Shown piece by piece: positions 12,001 through 19,958 of a stretch of DNA of 64,000 bases. Made by a program: the position numbers and the translations under genes. Origin of the DNA: Oikopleura dioica (Eukaryota; Animalia; Chordata). Below the pieces are notes generated by a model. It did no database searches. It was not told the origin of the DNA and saw only the letters and a program-made list of their open reading frames with translations. Within the stretch, counting starts at the first letter, position 1. Each line of letters starts with the position of its first letter. The stretch is taken from contig OU015566.1 of the NCBI GenBank assembly GCA_907165135.1, forward strand, positions 2,542,001-2,606,000, written 5' to 3'.

Positions 12001-15000
12001 CCAGCTCTCTTTCCCAGTCATCGAGTCCGCGCCAACACGACTGTATCATGCGAACTCCTTTGGAATCATCACAATGGACCCTTCAACTGACGAGAACTTC
12101 CTGATCGCCCCGGACATTGCCCCGTTTGCAACATTGATCCAGAACGAGTTTTACGAAGTTGACCGCTTTAGCTGTTTAAGCGCTCGCAAAAACATGATCT
12201 GCCGGCACTCAGCAATCTCAAGCGCTTCCTGTCTCCGCGATGTCCAGAATTGCAACATCCGGAGAACTGCTACAAAAGCAACCTGCTCATTCGCCTTCGA
12301 CAAGAATGGACTCATCGTTTACGCGGCAGAGAAAGCAATCCTGAGAAACAGAACAGTCTTGTCCGACATCGGATCGGCCCACGATACTTTCACTGGCTTC
12401 AAATATTTCCCTGAAACAAGCTTGGACCAGGAAGTCTTTTGTTCCGGATCGCAGCAGCTCATCAAGATCCCAAAAACAAGCATTGTGACGTCTGACAACA
12501 CCAAGATCGACTTCAGAGGTGCAAGGAACAACTTCACCTTCAGCGCCGTTGACCTTGACCACAACGACTTCGCTGATGACGTCGAGGACCGTCTCGATGA
12601 CTTGGAGGATGTGGTGGACGACAACTTCACTCGATCAAAATCCATATCTCTAATCTCCAACGGTATCCTTATTCTTTTTACTTTCTTAACCCTGACCCTC
12701 TTCACTTGCATGTTCTGCAGGCGAGTACGCGGACTTGACAAAGCGATTAATAAACATCTTCAACCACTTGTGTAAGCTAGCACCGTTAAGTTCACACCCA
12801 CGTCCAACTTCTTTTTTTTTTGATGGAGTCAAGCCACTTCGAGTCCTACCTCTGGAGAGCCTGGTTAACTAGTTATAAATAGAGTTTTTTTTTGTCCGAT
12901 TTTATTAAAGAGGGGGGCGGGAGAGACTTGGTTGACGGCAAGTCTGGCTCTGTATACGTAACGGTTGCAGAACGGACTTTCCTCGATACCACTTAGCACT
13001 CCTTATTTTTATCGCGGAAGCTAACTCCACGCTGACCGACCCATATGAGCGGCCTTTGGGTAAAGGCGGGGGTTAATTGCTCTGATCGGACACTAGGATT
13101 AGAAATTAGCCAGGTCTAGCGTTTTACAGTTCAACTTATGTATGTTGGATAAAGAATGTTAAGTAAATCGCTTGGTCAACCCTGTACTCCGCTTTGATTA
13201 TTGCAACCTTCAATATCATAATCACTTTTATCAATAGCTCTAGACATCTTATACTCAACCCACTTTTCCTTAAAATCTCTTTGTTCTTCTATTGTGTGTG
13301 TGTGTGTGCCTTTTCAACGATGCAAACTTCCTCGAACAATTCTTCAACGAGAAAACTACTCCTTATACAAGAAAACGACGAAATATTACTGTATCAAAGA
13401 AATCTGTTCTTCAACTTTTACTCTTATACTACCCTGTAAAACTTTACCGCTCGTGCCAGTCAAAATATATCCAGTCAATGTGTGTGTGTATTTCTTAACC
13501 CTTCTACAGCTCTAAAAAGCTGGGGGTGGGTGATGTGTGTTGACATAAAGTCCTCAATTAATCTCCCGGGCAACCTAGATTAATTAGCACACTTCCGCTC
13601 TTTATCAACTGTGCGCACCTTAATCAGCTGCTTTTCCCGCGCTCTTCCCTGTGCAAGATCCATTTAGGATCATTCAATAAAGTGAGCTTGTATAAGTTGG
13701 ACGACTTTTTCACCAGTTGAACCAAGAAATATATATACGCAAGAGCCAAGTATATCATTCTTTTCCTAAAAAAATTTTTCGTTACCGAAAAAATCCATCC
13801 TGTCTTTTAAATTGTCCAAATATTTATGTCTCTTATCAAAACCTGGCAGCGCGAAAAACGGCGAACTTTGAAGTTGAATTTTTAGTTTTTTCATTTTCGC
13901 CCTCAGGGCTGTGCTTTGAAATCTCTTGTCTAGCCGTGCACTTGTCATTTTAGAAAACAGCGTTTTCAAAAATTTATTTTAAAAATGTGAAAAAATAATG
14001 CGCTTCTCAAATTGAAAATGCGCAGCGGCGCTAGTAGTTGTGGCGCCCCGAAAATCAGAAATTGCTAAAAGCTCCCCAGCGGGGAGAAAAATTATAGGCC
14101 AGATGGTCAAGGCCAATTTTACGGGAGGTGAGGAGGAGAATCGAATAGGGTCATAAACGGAGGATTGATATGTCTACTCATAGGATTGAATTTGCACTTT
14201 TTGGTAAGGAAGCACCTTAGACTAGATTTTTCTAAAAAAAAGTGATACCCTTATCCAATTTTAACCATATTTAATTTGTTGATTTTTTATGACGAACACA
14301 GTTTTTTGAATTTAGAAATTTAAGGGTAAAGCCGTCTATTTTGGCCGAGTTTCAGAGTTATAACTTATAAGCATCCGAAATCGGCGAAATCGACGGCTAT
14401 ACCCTTAAATTTCTAAACCAAAAAAATTGAATTCGTCTAAAGAATCTAGAAATTAAATATGGTTAAAATCGAATAAGGGTATAACTTTTTTTAGAAAAAT
14501 AGAAAAATTTTTTTCAGAAAAAAAGCTAATTTTTATGAAAAATTTTGCATATCGGTCTTTGAAATCTATTAATAATAGAATAATTTCAGTAATTCTTACG
14601 TCCGTTATACTATTTAAAACTAGTAATTAATAAGTAATAAAGCATTCCTCAATCTCAAGGGTATCATCAACCTCCAAAAAATTTCACGCTCGGGCCCTAA
14701 ATTCGGTCATCTGGGTGATTATATGGCTCCCCATGCGATTTCCGGCGCTGATTATTGATGCAATCTGGGCTTGTGAACAAGGCCAGGAGGATAATAATCC
14801 CCCTTTGCCAAAAAAAGCTACAATACGCATTGCTTTTTTGTAACCGCCAAGTTTAAAGAAAAGAGATTAGATCACAGGCAATCCGCCAAGTAATTTGGCG
14901 ATTTCGCGCAACGCGGTTTTTTAATTTTTCTTTAAAAAAAAAGCAAAAAGCTTTATTTTAGGTAAACATACCAAGTTTCTCGGTGGAAATTTGCATCAAT

Positions 15001-17363
15001 TGTACAAAACAGCTTCTTATGTCGCCAAATTTCTTCATGACTTTTCGCTGTCTCTGCGCAGACCAAGATTCCATTTGAAAATCGGGGCCGAGACAGATTC
15101 TTGAGGACAGAACAATCGTTTGTTTCCACAAATCTGTGGTCATTTCTATTCGGCCCAACAATGACAGCAGGAAATTTCCTTTTCAGAAGTTTTTAAATGA
15201 ATCATCAAAGAAAATCGATGAAGTTATAGATAGGTCAGGGTGAATGTTCCTTAAAAATATATTTTTTAAATTCATTTTTTGGAAAAAATATTTTTTATTT
15301 AAGGGGTTAGAAACAGCTTTTTTCCGAAGAAGGCATTTTTTGACCGGTGCTCCAGACAAGAAAATCTTACATTTTCAAATTTTCTCTTTAGGTTTAGATA
15401 GATACCTCTTAGATCTAGGAGCATCTCCCTCGAAGTTTTTTAAGTCATCAATTTTTTGAGTAATCGGGCTCAGAATCAGCTCATCTCTCCGAAATTCTTG
15501 ATTTTCGCCAATTTCGCCAACACGAATATCTCGAGTCACCTGATAGTTAAGCGTATTTCATTCACAGTTATGTGAAACTCAACCCCTTTTCTTGGAAAAT
15601 TTATGAGGAATTTCCGTTAACATAAATATATCTTATGTTTTCTTTTATGGAGCTACGGTCCAAAATCGAGAAAGCTGTTTCTACCCCCTTTATTTATAAA
15701 AAAAATTTCTAAATTATTTTTTTTTCTTTTGAAAAAATATTTTTTTCACTAAAAATTTTCTTCTTAAAATTTTAAAAACTCTTTCCTAAACAATGACCAA
15801 ATATAAAAACCAATCTTCTTTCCTCATCATTTTCCATCGTTTCTTCGTATCCATCAAGCATCTTCCCGAGAATCCTAAAAACCTTGAAAAACAGGTGGTC
15901 CGAAACTAAAATCGCTAATGGCTTATTATTGATTCGTCTTTTTGAAAAAAAAAGATCCTCAAAGTTTATTGCTCTCGCTAATAACACCCATCATCGCCAT
16001 ATGTTCCCTTTTTATCTTCTTACCGAAAAAGAACCGGCAGAAACTCATCTTTCTTCTTGTCAGAATTCAGATTTGATCGATAAAAATGTTCAAAGGCCAC
16101 TTTTTCGCCGAGAATTCGCAAAATTGCTGTAATGACTTGAACGGGACTACTGGAAGCTGCGTTTTCTGATGAAGACAAAGAGGACTTATCGGCAGAAATG
16201 ATCAAGGGGACGAGGAGGGCGCAGCTGACCAAGGTGGTTTCCATTGAATTCGAGCTTGAATCGGAACTTGATCTTTTGGTGGGTAATTCAATTGTTAATT
16301 TACGGCCTTTTTGGCAACAGAAAAAGGGGTAAAAGCCATAAAAGAGACAAACACAATGATTTGGCCACTCAAGCCAATTTTGGGAGAGGCTTGCTCAAAT
16401 TTTCATCTTTTTTCGTGATGATGAATCCTGAAGAAAAAGAGTTTATTTCGCAAAAGGAGGCAAGAGTTGAGACGGAGAAATCTACTTTTTCAAAAAAATA
16501 TTGGCGTCTTTCACTTTTGGCCCTTTTTCTCCTTGGTTCAGTTTTCTATGGAGGTATTTATTGTTTAAAAGATGAACTAAGAAATTAAATGAGATTAATA
16601 ATTCTAGATGATTGTAAAATAATATCCGTTTAGGCTTCCAATTAGGACGTGCGAAAGCGCCTGAAAAGGAGGATGTGATTTCCGACTACCAAGAAGAATA
16701 CAATGAGGAATTTGGGCTACCAGATGCTGACTGGGAATTCATAACAAGCCGAGGAGGTCACAGAATGCTCGCCTCCTTACAAGATGACAACAAAGATGAT
16801 GAAAGCGCGGTTACTACCACCCTTTTTACCACAACCGTCATGAATTTCGACTGCGACGGAGACGCATTTAACCGGCAAGCCTTTTTCTGGCGCATGAGAA
16901 ATTGCGAATAACTGTCTCTTTTTAAGCGAAAATACCGACTGAACATTAAATTAAATTTTAATCCACTCCTAAGAATCTTCAATATCTTCCTGACAAGTTC
17001 GCAAATTTCCTCAAAGACTTTTGAATCGTTCCCTCTCTTCACAATCAATTCTTCCAACTTGACAATCAGCACCGACAGAATCGGCTTTCTTGTAGAAGAA
17101 TTGGCGAACTCTGTCGATTCTACCATCGATCTCATTGTGCTCAGTTGATCGATGAAAGAAGCAGATCTTGTGATTTTTCTCGAAAGGTCGTATTCTTTAG
17201 CGCGAATTCGTTCTGATCTCATCGCGCTAGAATTCGCAAAAAGCAGCGATTCGTCAAGCAAATCTTCCGAAGACTTGAATCTCTTTCTTCCTCCTTCCAA
17301 AGTGTCGTTTAAATTTCCCCAGCCGAAAATTCTCTTTTTACGCAGCTCTGATTTTTTCCCCAT
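1..17363 (-). CDS. DOCK1-5 (DOCK-A/B) family guanine nucleotide exchange factor, multi-exon; 3' end runs off the window start
   Basis: Minus-strand exon translations are collinear with the DOCK1 ARM region as I recall it: 17363-16935 (IDQLSTMRSMVESTEFANSSTRKPILSVLIVKLEELI ~ QKLYCLIEIVHSDLFTQHDCREILLPMMTDQL); 16250-16022 (VQVITAILR ~ FVACMTAILR); 15987-15780; 15161-14972 (DLWKQTIVL...QMESWSAQRQRKVMKKFGDIR ~ QLWNNYFHL...QLENFSSAKRAKILNKYGDMR); 4160-3960 (LERVLPPSDIRKTSLGIILDLI ~ [23 protein letters not shown]); then DHR-2 at <1240. Exon boundaries are approximate. Confidence 0.85.
216..1240 (-). CDS. DOCK DHR-2 (GEF) domain exons
   Basis: LLDYR...LYRDYLFKLYDVQLGQNARLEAANCL, FFYLGFWGNGFPKNFQNVQMIARGEELERLEDFQESVLEWFPNAK and HVQIFPVK match DOCK DHR-2 lobes A/B. 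The reading frame continues in the 41..421 ORF after a short intron. Confidence 0.9.
1322..1716. mobile_element. Non-autonomous TIR DNA transposon (MITE), TTAA target, Kolobok-like; family A
   Basis: TTAA at 1318-1321 and 1717-1720; TIR GGGGGTAGAACTAG / CTAGTTCTACCCCC; homologous copies at 15303 and 62901. RR..YY termini with a TTAA TSD are the Kolobok signature. Confidence 0.8.
3117..3668. mobile_element. MITE with TTAA TSD and CC-starting TIR (piggyBac-like)
   Basis: TTAA 3113-3116 + CCGCGTGGGACGAATTGTACATT...; right end TTCGTCCCACGCGG + TTAA 3669-3672; extra subterminal inverted copy at ~3607-3640. Confidence 0.75.
3685..3892. repeat. Minisatellite, ~22-23 bp unit (AAAATTTTGGCCATGTTTTTGACC-like), about 9 degenerate copies
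   Basis: Tandem periodicity read directly; it produces the repetitive spurious ORFs 3699..3920 and 3770..3958. Confidence 0.85.
4773..4999 (+). repeat. 5' LTR of element 1 (227 bp)
   Basis: Direct repeat of 13531-13757; TG..CA ends; AATAAA inside. Confidence 0.97.
5001..5015 (+). other. Primer-binding site of element 1 (TGGCGACTGCACAGA); cognate tRNA not identified
   Basis: TGG (complement of tRNA CCA) 1 nt after the LTR end. Confidence 0.65.
5790..7370 (+). CDS. gag: Gag (526 aa) with N-terminal SAP-like motif, CCHC zinc knuckle and a second Cys/His motif
   Basis: ELTVAELRAVCKRLKLDTKGLKAELQHTL (SAP-like); CHMCGETGHVMRNC (C-x2-C-x4-H-x4-C); CEVC...H...C at the C-terminus. Confidence 0.9.
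   Translation: MGLKPVAELTVAELRAVCKRLKLDTKGLKAELQHTLRAHAKKIGYRRTDDLKDFVINTDNIDTENQDAPVTTVSSADPALSLSPSIIPVPTTELPSVTSPAPVSSSSFAFPQPCSTVPISTTSLDSMTASSMFTPQESNSRADSVSRILGGSTTTTSAAFGGQYGLFGNRLNSGLASNRNVIGQSAQFAKTSPPLTPPMNQFAVNSAGASTGKARDNLRKESSDIKLVVSRDPQEIENLLDQILNLGSIYEWSDAQRMIVLRTKLSPQIQREIGISGLGNFEDAAERLRKRLGFSHQKLTLLIEKLSRGRQETVTAAFSRLINLLSSAGSVFPNLPEEAKQTVLRQALRRILRPSEFQSFYLAWIAQQMPTNLSSVAEILSLLEGTFASPAEAVDLENDEYDLNAANREIVCHMCGETGHVMRNCSLMTGIRQISTITSRLDQLEAIAIKQDSSFERLLNKIEMIAENQSAYNTTQQQQQSQGQKQGQGGSKNHRNTKPHCEVCPLLPTGYPPRHFKQTCPMKSQH
7371..11033 (+). CDS. pol: Pol (protease-RT-RNase H-integrase), in frame with gag after a single TGA
   Basis: LVDSGANCS (aspartic protease, upstream of the ORF-track start 7515); RPVLDARRLN, VDIASAFSQI, MAFGLMNSP, LMDD (RT); TDAS...TDH...DALSR (RNase H); H-x4-H...C-x2-C zinc finger, YVD, CDNG, IER (DDE integrase). 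Gypsy domain order. Confidence 0.95.
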   Translation, partial: LGGDSPGSESQKLACHEISLPSLLPKIRLQILDTELLTLVDSGANCSIMAQELAAKFPNARREPVEASIVVANSDKMRCKEKIILPLCLNGRVRYQSFLIVPGLNHECILGMNSWKELTINRDTETIQIDGETYDMVQTGRHLALNNLVAATIGPESLTPIRVKVPVGEDELEDVILVEPSPEGFCKEQGIETCEAIYSAAKCQTILVYNSTNVALTIPEGAQVATASLMKRTKGGQYEFNELISVSSSEFDREWEEHQRNREIRLKGPDRYKYKEVEIGPDLTFEEKKAMTEKLDKYWKVFSTGPQDLGMAKSLAFRIRLKDETARVYEKPIPVRPGCREKATVVIENWCKAGVVKRGASDFNLPLFFVKKGKDDVRPVLDARRLNQLTVPTRWPIPSLKELMSKLSRDISKTKGKLYVTSVDIASAFSQIRTAPQDMHKCAFSFLGRQYICRRMAFGLMNSPSVFAHVIDRLCSHIPGLSVLMDDIILVHGDFKEHLSAVDEFLKIMLENGLLLKISKSHFGVRDFQYLGFQVSHDGIRPLDDKLDPIRCFPRPGNRKLLRRFLGLCNFYSHFVKDGHRLLSPLFKLAAPSKEKFVWKSQHEEAFSSYKEALAQVVSFKHRDESMDLVIATDASTTGIGACLYQRDENGRLFPLGFYSRALTDGERKLPSRYLELLGLVCSLENFEYEIYMSQVYALTDHKSLQLVLNERRLRQDVPVRVTNLYARLSRFRVKGITYVPNNEPVIVSSDALSRAYEIANDDDHDESDGHIDRGFLNKIELRPKGPEIFEVLTMQTRRAKRLAKEEEKAKEEAGQKVVMISGDVPYRACDIIRLQEIDPVLIRMQKRGEIATDEQGVWVLSRDKDIITLPEQLHIEIASFVHCKMGHPGTLALQRILKRKFFINGLQRVCNEVCNDCHTCWRTKPRPKLKALHPPRPEVSTKPWQKLYVDLSDFGSVDILGNRFFLGVMDDCTRYLVGRCLPDKKAETVAFALADVLLSNNAQGAMLRCDNGKEFRNAVFDRVMEAFNIRVAYISPFHAQSNRIERKFRSLGLKARLANVSRDDWSRQVCFVLHTINNTPTEAMSGLSPSEALTGRPMELPLFHLRPEPDNNDDPFLWSGYMSGWLRQVGQFLAGKYQEQAAHHVKPFHGTTLEVDQRVAYWAPMRIGKCKKLHVSFRNTAVITKKLSPDVYEIRDESSGSVLKRNIRFLRPLPLPSSK
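11099..12775 (+). CDS. env: Env-like class I fusion glycoprotein (likely start Met 11114)
   Basis: Signal peptide MLFFTLAVALVRCSA; KR|FAGAPALVLAAANLGL cleavage and fusion peptide; heptad repeat; Cys-rich region; N-glycosylation sequons; C-terminal TM helix (GILILFTFLTLTLFTCMFC). Confidence 0.9.
   Translation: MHLYEMLFFTLAVALVRCSAESTVLSGGILLEETGRLFLSRQRSHHHIIISRPLPLDVLRMEPGVDAGQCDVDRCIKHYKANRWDRRECTENLADKRTFALLDVIERKFRLELQSLKAQAAYARSHESHLGKRFAGAPALVLAAANLGLKLKNTNDIAKLRSVSLHQGKNLDKLTRNFAKLQSAVQVNLNATQDQLARIDDDICRLNNRMLEARFEDWARITVDKFMEEMDYQVASLEQGLIPSRVEWNRLFTSACWGSCIALEPEMCERYCENMLREFPQELKPELYGLNITENSLDIHIQLSFPVIESAPTRLYHANSFGIITMDPSTDENFLIAPDIAPFATLIQNEFYEVDRFSCLSARKNMICRHSAISSASCLRDVQNCNIRRTATKATCSFAFDKNGLIVYAAEKAILRNRTVLSDIGSAHDTFTGFKYFPETSLDQEVFCSGSQQLIKIPKTSIVTSDNTKIDFRGARNNFTFSAVDLDHNDFADDVEDRLDDLEDVVDDNFTRSKSISLISNGILILFTFLTLTLFTCMFCRRVRGLDKAINKHLQPLV
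13514..13530 (+). other. Polypurine tract of element 1
   Basis: AAAAAGCTGGGGGTGGG immediately 5' of the 3' LTR. Confidence 0.85.
13531..13757 (+). repeat. 3' LTR of element 1
   Basis: Matches 4773-4999. Confidence 0.97.
14224..14500. repeat. ~280-bp imperfect palindrome (foldback / MITE remnant)
   Basis: Left arm TTTTTCTAAAAAAAAGTGATACCCTTATCCAATTTTAACCATATTTAATTT...TTAAGGGTAAAGCCGTC mirrors right arm GACGGCTATACCCTTAA...AAATTAAATATGGTTAAAATCGAATAAGGGTATAACTTTTTTTAGAAAAA. Confidence 0.8.
15303..15688. mobile_element. MITE family A, diverged copy in a DOCK intron
   Basis: TTAA-GGGGTTAGAAACAGCTTT ... AAAGCTGTTTCTACCCCC-TTTA; internal similarity to 1322-1716. Confidence 0.7.
16418..16911 (+). 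CDS. Small type II membrane protein nested antisense in a DOCK intron (2 exons)
   Basis: MMNPEEKEF...KYWRLSLLALFLLGSVFYG, then a GT-AG intron (~16554-16633), then GFQLGRAKAPEKEDVISDYQEEYNEEFGLPDADWEF...; lies between DOCK exons at 16250 and 16935. Confidence 0.55.
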
Positions 17364-17765
17364 GTTTTGCCAAAAACCAGAAAAAAATGCAGAAAATTTC
17401 CGAAAATTTCAAAAAGGCGCCAAATTTGAAGGATTAAATTGAACGCGTGGCGCTGATTGGATAATGCAGCTGTATTTGCCCCCGGGCGTTTTAAAGCGGA
17501 GTTAATTTATTTTATACAAAGCGTGATGAGCTGATTTATTTGTACAGTAATTGGCGATTGTTAATGGATTTTGAGATTCTGTGGTTATTTGAGAAAATCG
17601 TAAATCGTTCCAAATGCTAAAATTTAATATTTTTGAGAATGAAAAACTTAATTATTCTTACCAATATTAAATATCGAATAAGTGAATATCGAACATTTGA
17701 TCAGTAAGTATGAGTCACTTTTGAATGCTTAAAATTTTGCAAATTAAAATTTATAAAGTGGTATT

Positions 17766-18500
17766 TCAAGCTCTTTTCCTGAAATAATCATCAAATCTGA
17801 CCAAAACCGAGCTTAGCCCGAATTGAAGAAAAAGAAGAAAACACTGCAATCCCAGGCTCAAGAAAACAATCGCCCTTTTTCGAAATTTCATGAAAGGCAG
17901 AAGCAAAATTCCAGCTCCGAAGACCCAAAGTTCAATAATCATTTGGCTCTCCATTAGCACTAGAATTTCTTCGAATAACCAGGCGCAGTTGAAGCCGATG
18001 AGGGTAAAGAGAAGTCCGAGGATGAAAAAGTTGTTATAAGATGGAGCGGCTGGGACCGCAGTGGTTGGAGCAGGAGAGGATTGACGGGAAGAGGAATCTT
18101 CATGGACGACGGAGAGAACTCGTTTCGGAACCGGCCTGAACAAAAAGTTCTTACAGGCGATATTGCTTTCAGAAATTTTTACCTCGTTGGTTTTTCACGA
18201 ACATCTGTTTTTCTAGCTGATCCTGGGGATATTTTGCCATCATTTTTCTCTATCTCCACTTCTTGAATCCGACTTTTTATGCTCGCAAGGGCACTTGGCG
18301 ATGAAATATTTCTTGAAACTTTGATATTTTCCTGCTGAAAGAAGATCTGTCTTACCTTGTATGTCCCCTTGATTTTCTTCTTTTGGATTTCCATCAATAA
18401 CTGCTTCATTTTTCAAATCAGGATTCGAATTCCATTTCCTCAGCTCTTTTTCTTCCTTGTCTTTTCCTTTTTTGGTCAAAAATCTGATCGATTTCGGCAC
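17766..18500 (-). CDS. Orphan protein with low-complexity N-terminus and C-terminal transmembrane helices (multi-exon)
   Basis: ORF segments 18240-18500, 18179-18330 and 17766-18143 can be joined by GT-AG introns; hydrophobic FFILGLLFTLIGFNCAW and AIVFLSLGLQCFLLFLQFGL. Confidence 0.45.
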
Positions 18501-18752
18501 TTTCATCTCGAAGAAGAAAATATCAAATTGGCTTGGTTTCACACAAAGGTAAGAATCGGGAATTGAGAAGATCGAGAGCTGTTGGATTAAATTTCTGTTT
18601 AATCTGTCATTCTTCTGTTTCTGTTCTGACGAGTGATTATTCAAAACGCAAATATGTTACTAAGGCGTTTTCTTGGACAGATCTCTCTTGGACAGATCAT
18701 CTGAACTTGTTGCAATAACTGAAGGCTCTGCGCCTTAAATTTCATCGGTTAA

Positions 18753-19089
18753 GGACCCCCCCGTCAACGAATTTCCTCAAAAAATCGAAAATTTCAAAAC
18801 AACCATATTTTAGCTTCTCAGTGTGCCTGGAAGTTCAATTCATCATTAAAACTTGTTCAGAGCACTTTTTACCAATAAAAATCCAAAATTTTAGCAAAAT
18901 TGGGACTTTTTCGTCATATTTCGTCAAAAAGCCCAATTTTCAAACGCGATTTTGAGGGTGTTAGAGTCGAGATAGACCCCCAAAAAATGCAGCCTCAAAA
19001 TCGTTTTTTGACCCGAAGAATCCATTTCCGGGGTCAAAATTTTGAAATTCCGAAAATAGATTTTTCGAAAATTGTTGACGGGGGGGTCC
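18753..19089. mobile_element. MITE family D, TTAA target (Kolobok-like)
   Basis: TTAA-GGACCCCCCCGTCAAC ... GTTGACGGGGGGGTCC-TTAA; second copy at 42311-42654. Confidence 0.85.
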
Positions 19090-19251
19090 TTAAAGAATTA
19101 AAGACTCACAATGATTTTGAATTCGAAAAATTCAGAAAGAATAAATCGACAGAATTGCAGGATAATGCGTAATCTTTGGACTTGTGAAAGTCAAACAATT
19201 TCTTTTTAAATTTTTTTTCTGTATTTTACAGATCAAAATCGGATAGAGAAT

Positions 19252-19730
19252 ATGAGTCTCGAATTTTCTTTTGCAGAGCTAGCAATATTCGTGATTATCA
19301 TTTTTTCGATACCGTGCTGTTGCGCCTTTTTGTGGTGCTGGTGCTCAAATGAAAGAAATGAAAATGTAGAGAATCAAATGAATGAACCCGACAGTTACCA
19401 AGAAAGGTGTCAGTTCGGACCATACTCGTTTTAAGATTTTGAAAATGAAGAAAAACAGTTAGTCACCATTGAAAAGATGGATACATAAATCGATATCTGG
19501 ACAATCTCTCAATTAACTCAAACGATAGTTCTTCGAATTTTGACCAGTTTTTGGCCGTTGTTTCAATGCAATACGGTGGTTCTGTCGAAAACCCTGTCTT
19601 TTCGGAATCACGCGACCCTCCTCGTAAGATTGCTTTTACCTGTCATTTCTTTACTTTTGATAAAGAGTACGTGGACAACAACGAGGAGAACGATCCGCCT
19701 CCAGCATATGATGCGCTCTTCAAAGTTTAA
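19252..19730 (+). CDS. Small single-pass membrane protein with Cys-rich juxtamembrane segment and C-terminal PPxY motif (Shisa-like/WBP1-type architecture)
   Basis: LAIFVIIIFSIPCCCAFLWCWCS; two short GT-AG introns; ends EENDPPPAYDALFKV*. Confidence 0.55.
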
Positions 19731-19958
19731 TATTTCACTTTTTACGAGATCTGCGTTCGGACTGTTCATGTCATAAAACAATTTTCTAGGCTTGAATTTC
19801 AGTATAAAAGTCATCTGACGCCATATAAAATCTTTATTTCTTTTGACATTTTTATTTTATCCACACATTGTAGGAAATTTTCCGCTTTGACAAATTATTA
19901 AACTCAGCTGAATTTCCAAACGCTCCGGCGAATCTTTTCCCTTTGTAAAAAAGAGATA

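Larger units (their letters stand above)
4773..13757 (+). mobile_element. Full-length Ty3/Gypsy LTR retrotransposon with env (Tor-like), 8985 bp
   Basis: Two 227-bp LTRs (TGAT...ATCA) with no difference seen by eye; 4-bp TSD TTCT (4769-4772, 13758-13761); PBS-like TGGCGACTGC; PPT; gag, PR-RT-RH-IN and env ORFs. Confidence 0.97.

Noticed and set aside
6441-12741. Antisense and alternate-frame ORFs overlapping gag/pol/env (e.g. 6441..7049, 8511..9110, 12319..12741)
   Set aside because: Expected shadow ORFs of long GC-balanced coding regions; no motifs, and many begin with non-ATG codons.
13020-13110. Hammerhead or twister ribozyme in the 3' UTR (CTGACCGA, TAACTCC)
   Set aside because: No CUGANGA/GAAA core with correct stems, and twister P2/P4/pseudoknot residues do not fit; kept only as a generic structured-RNA candidate.
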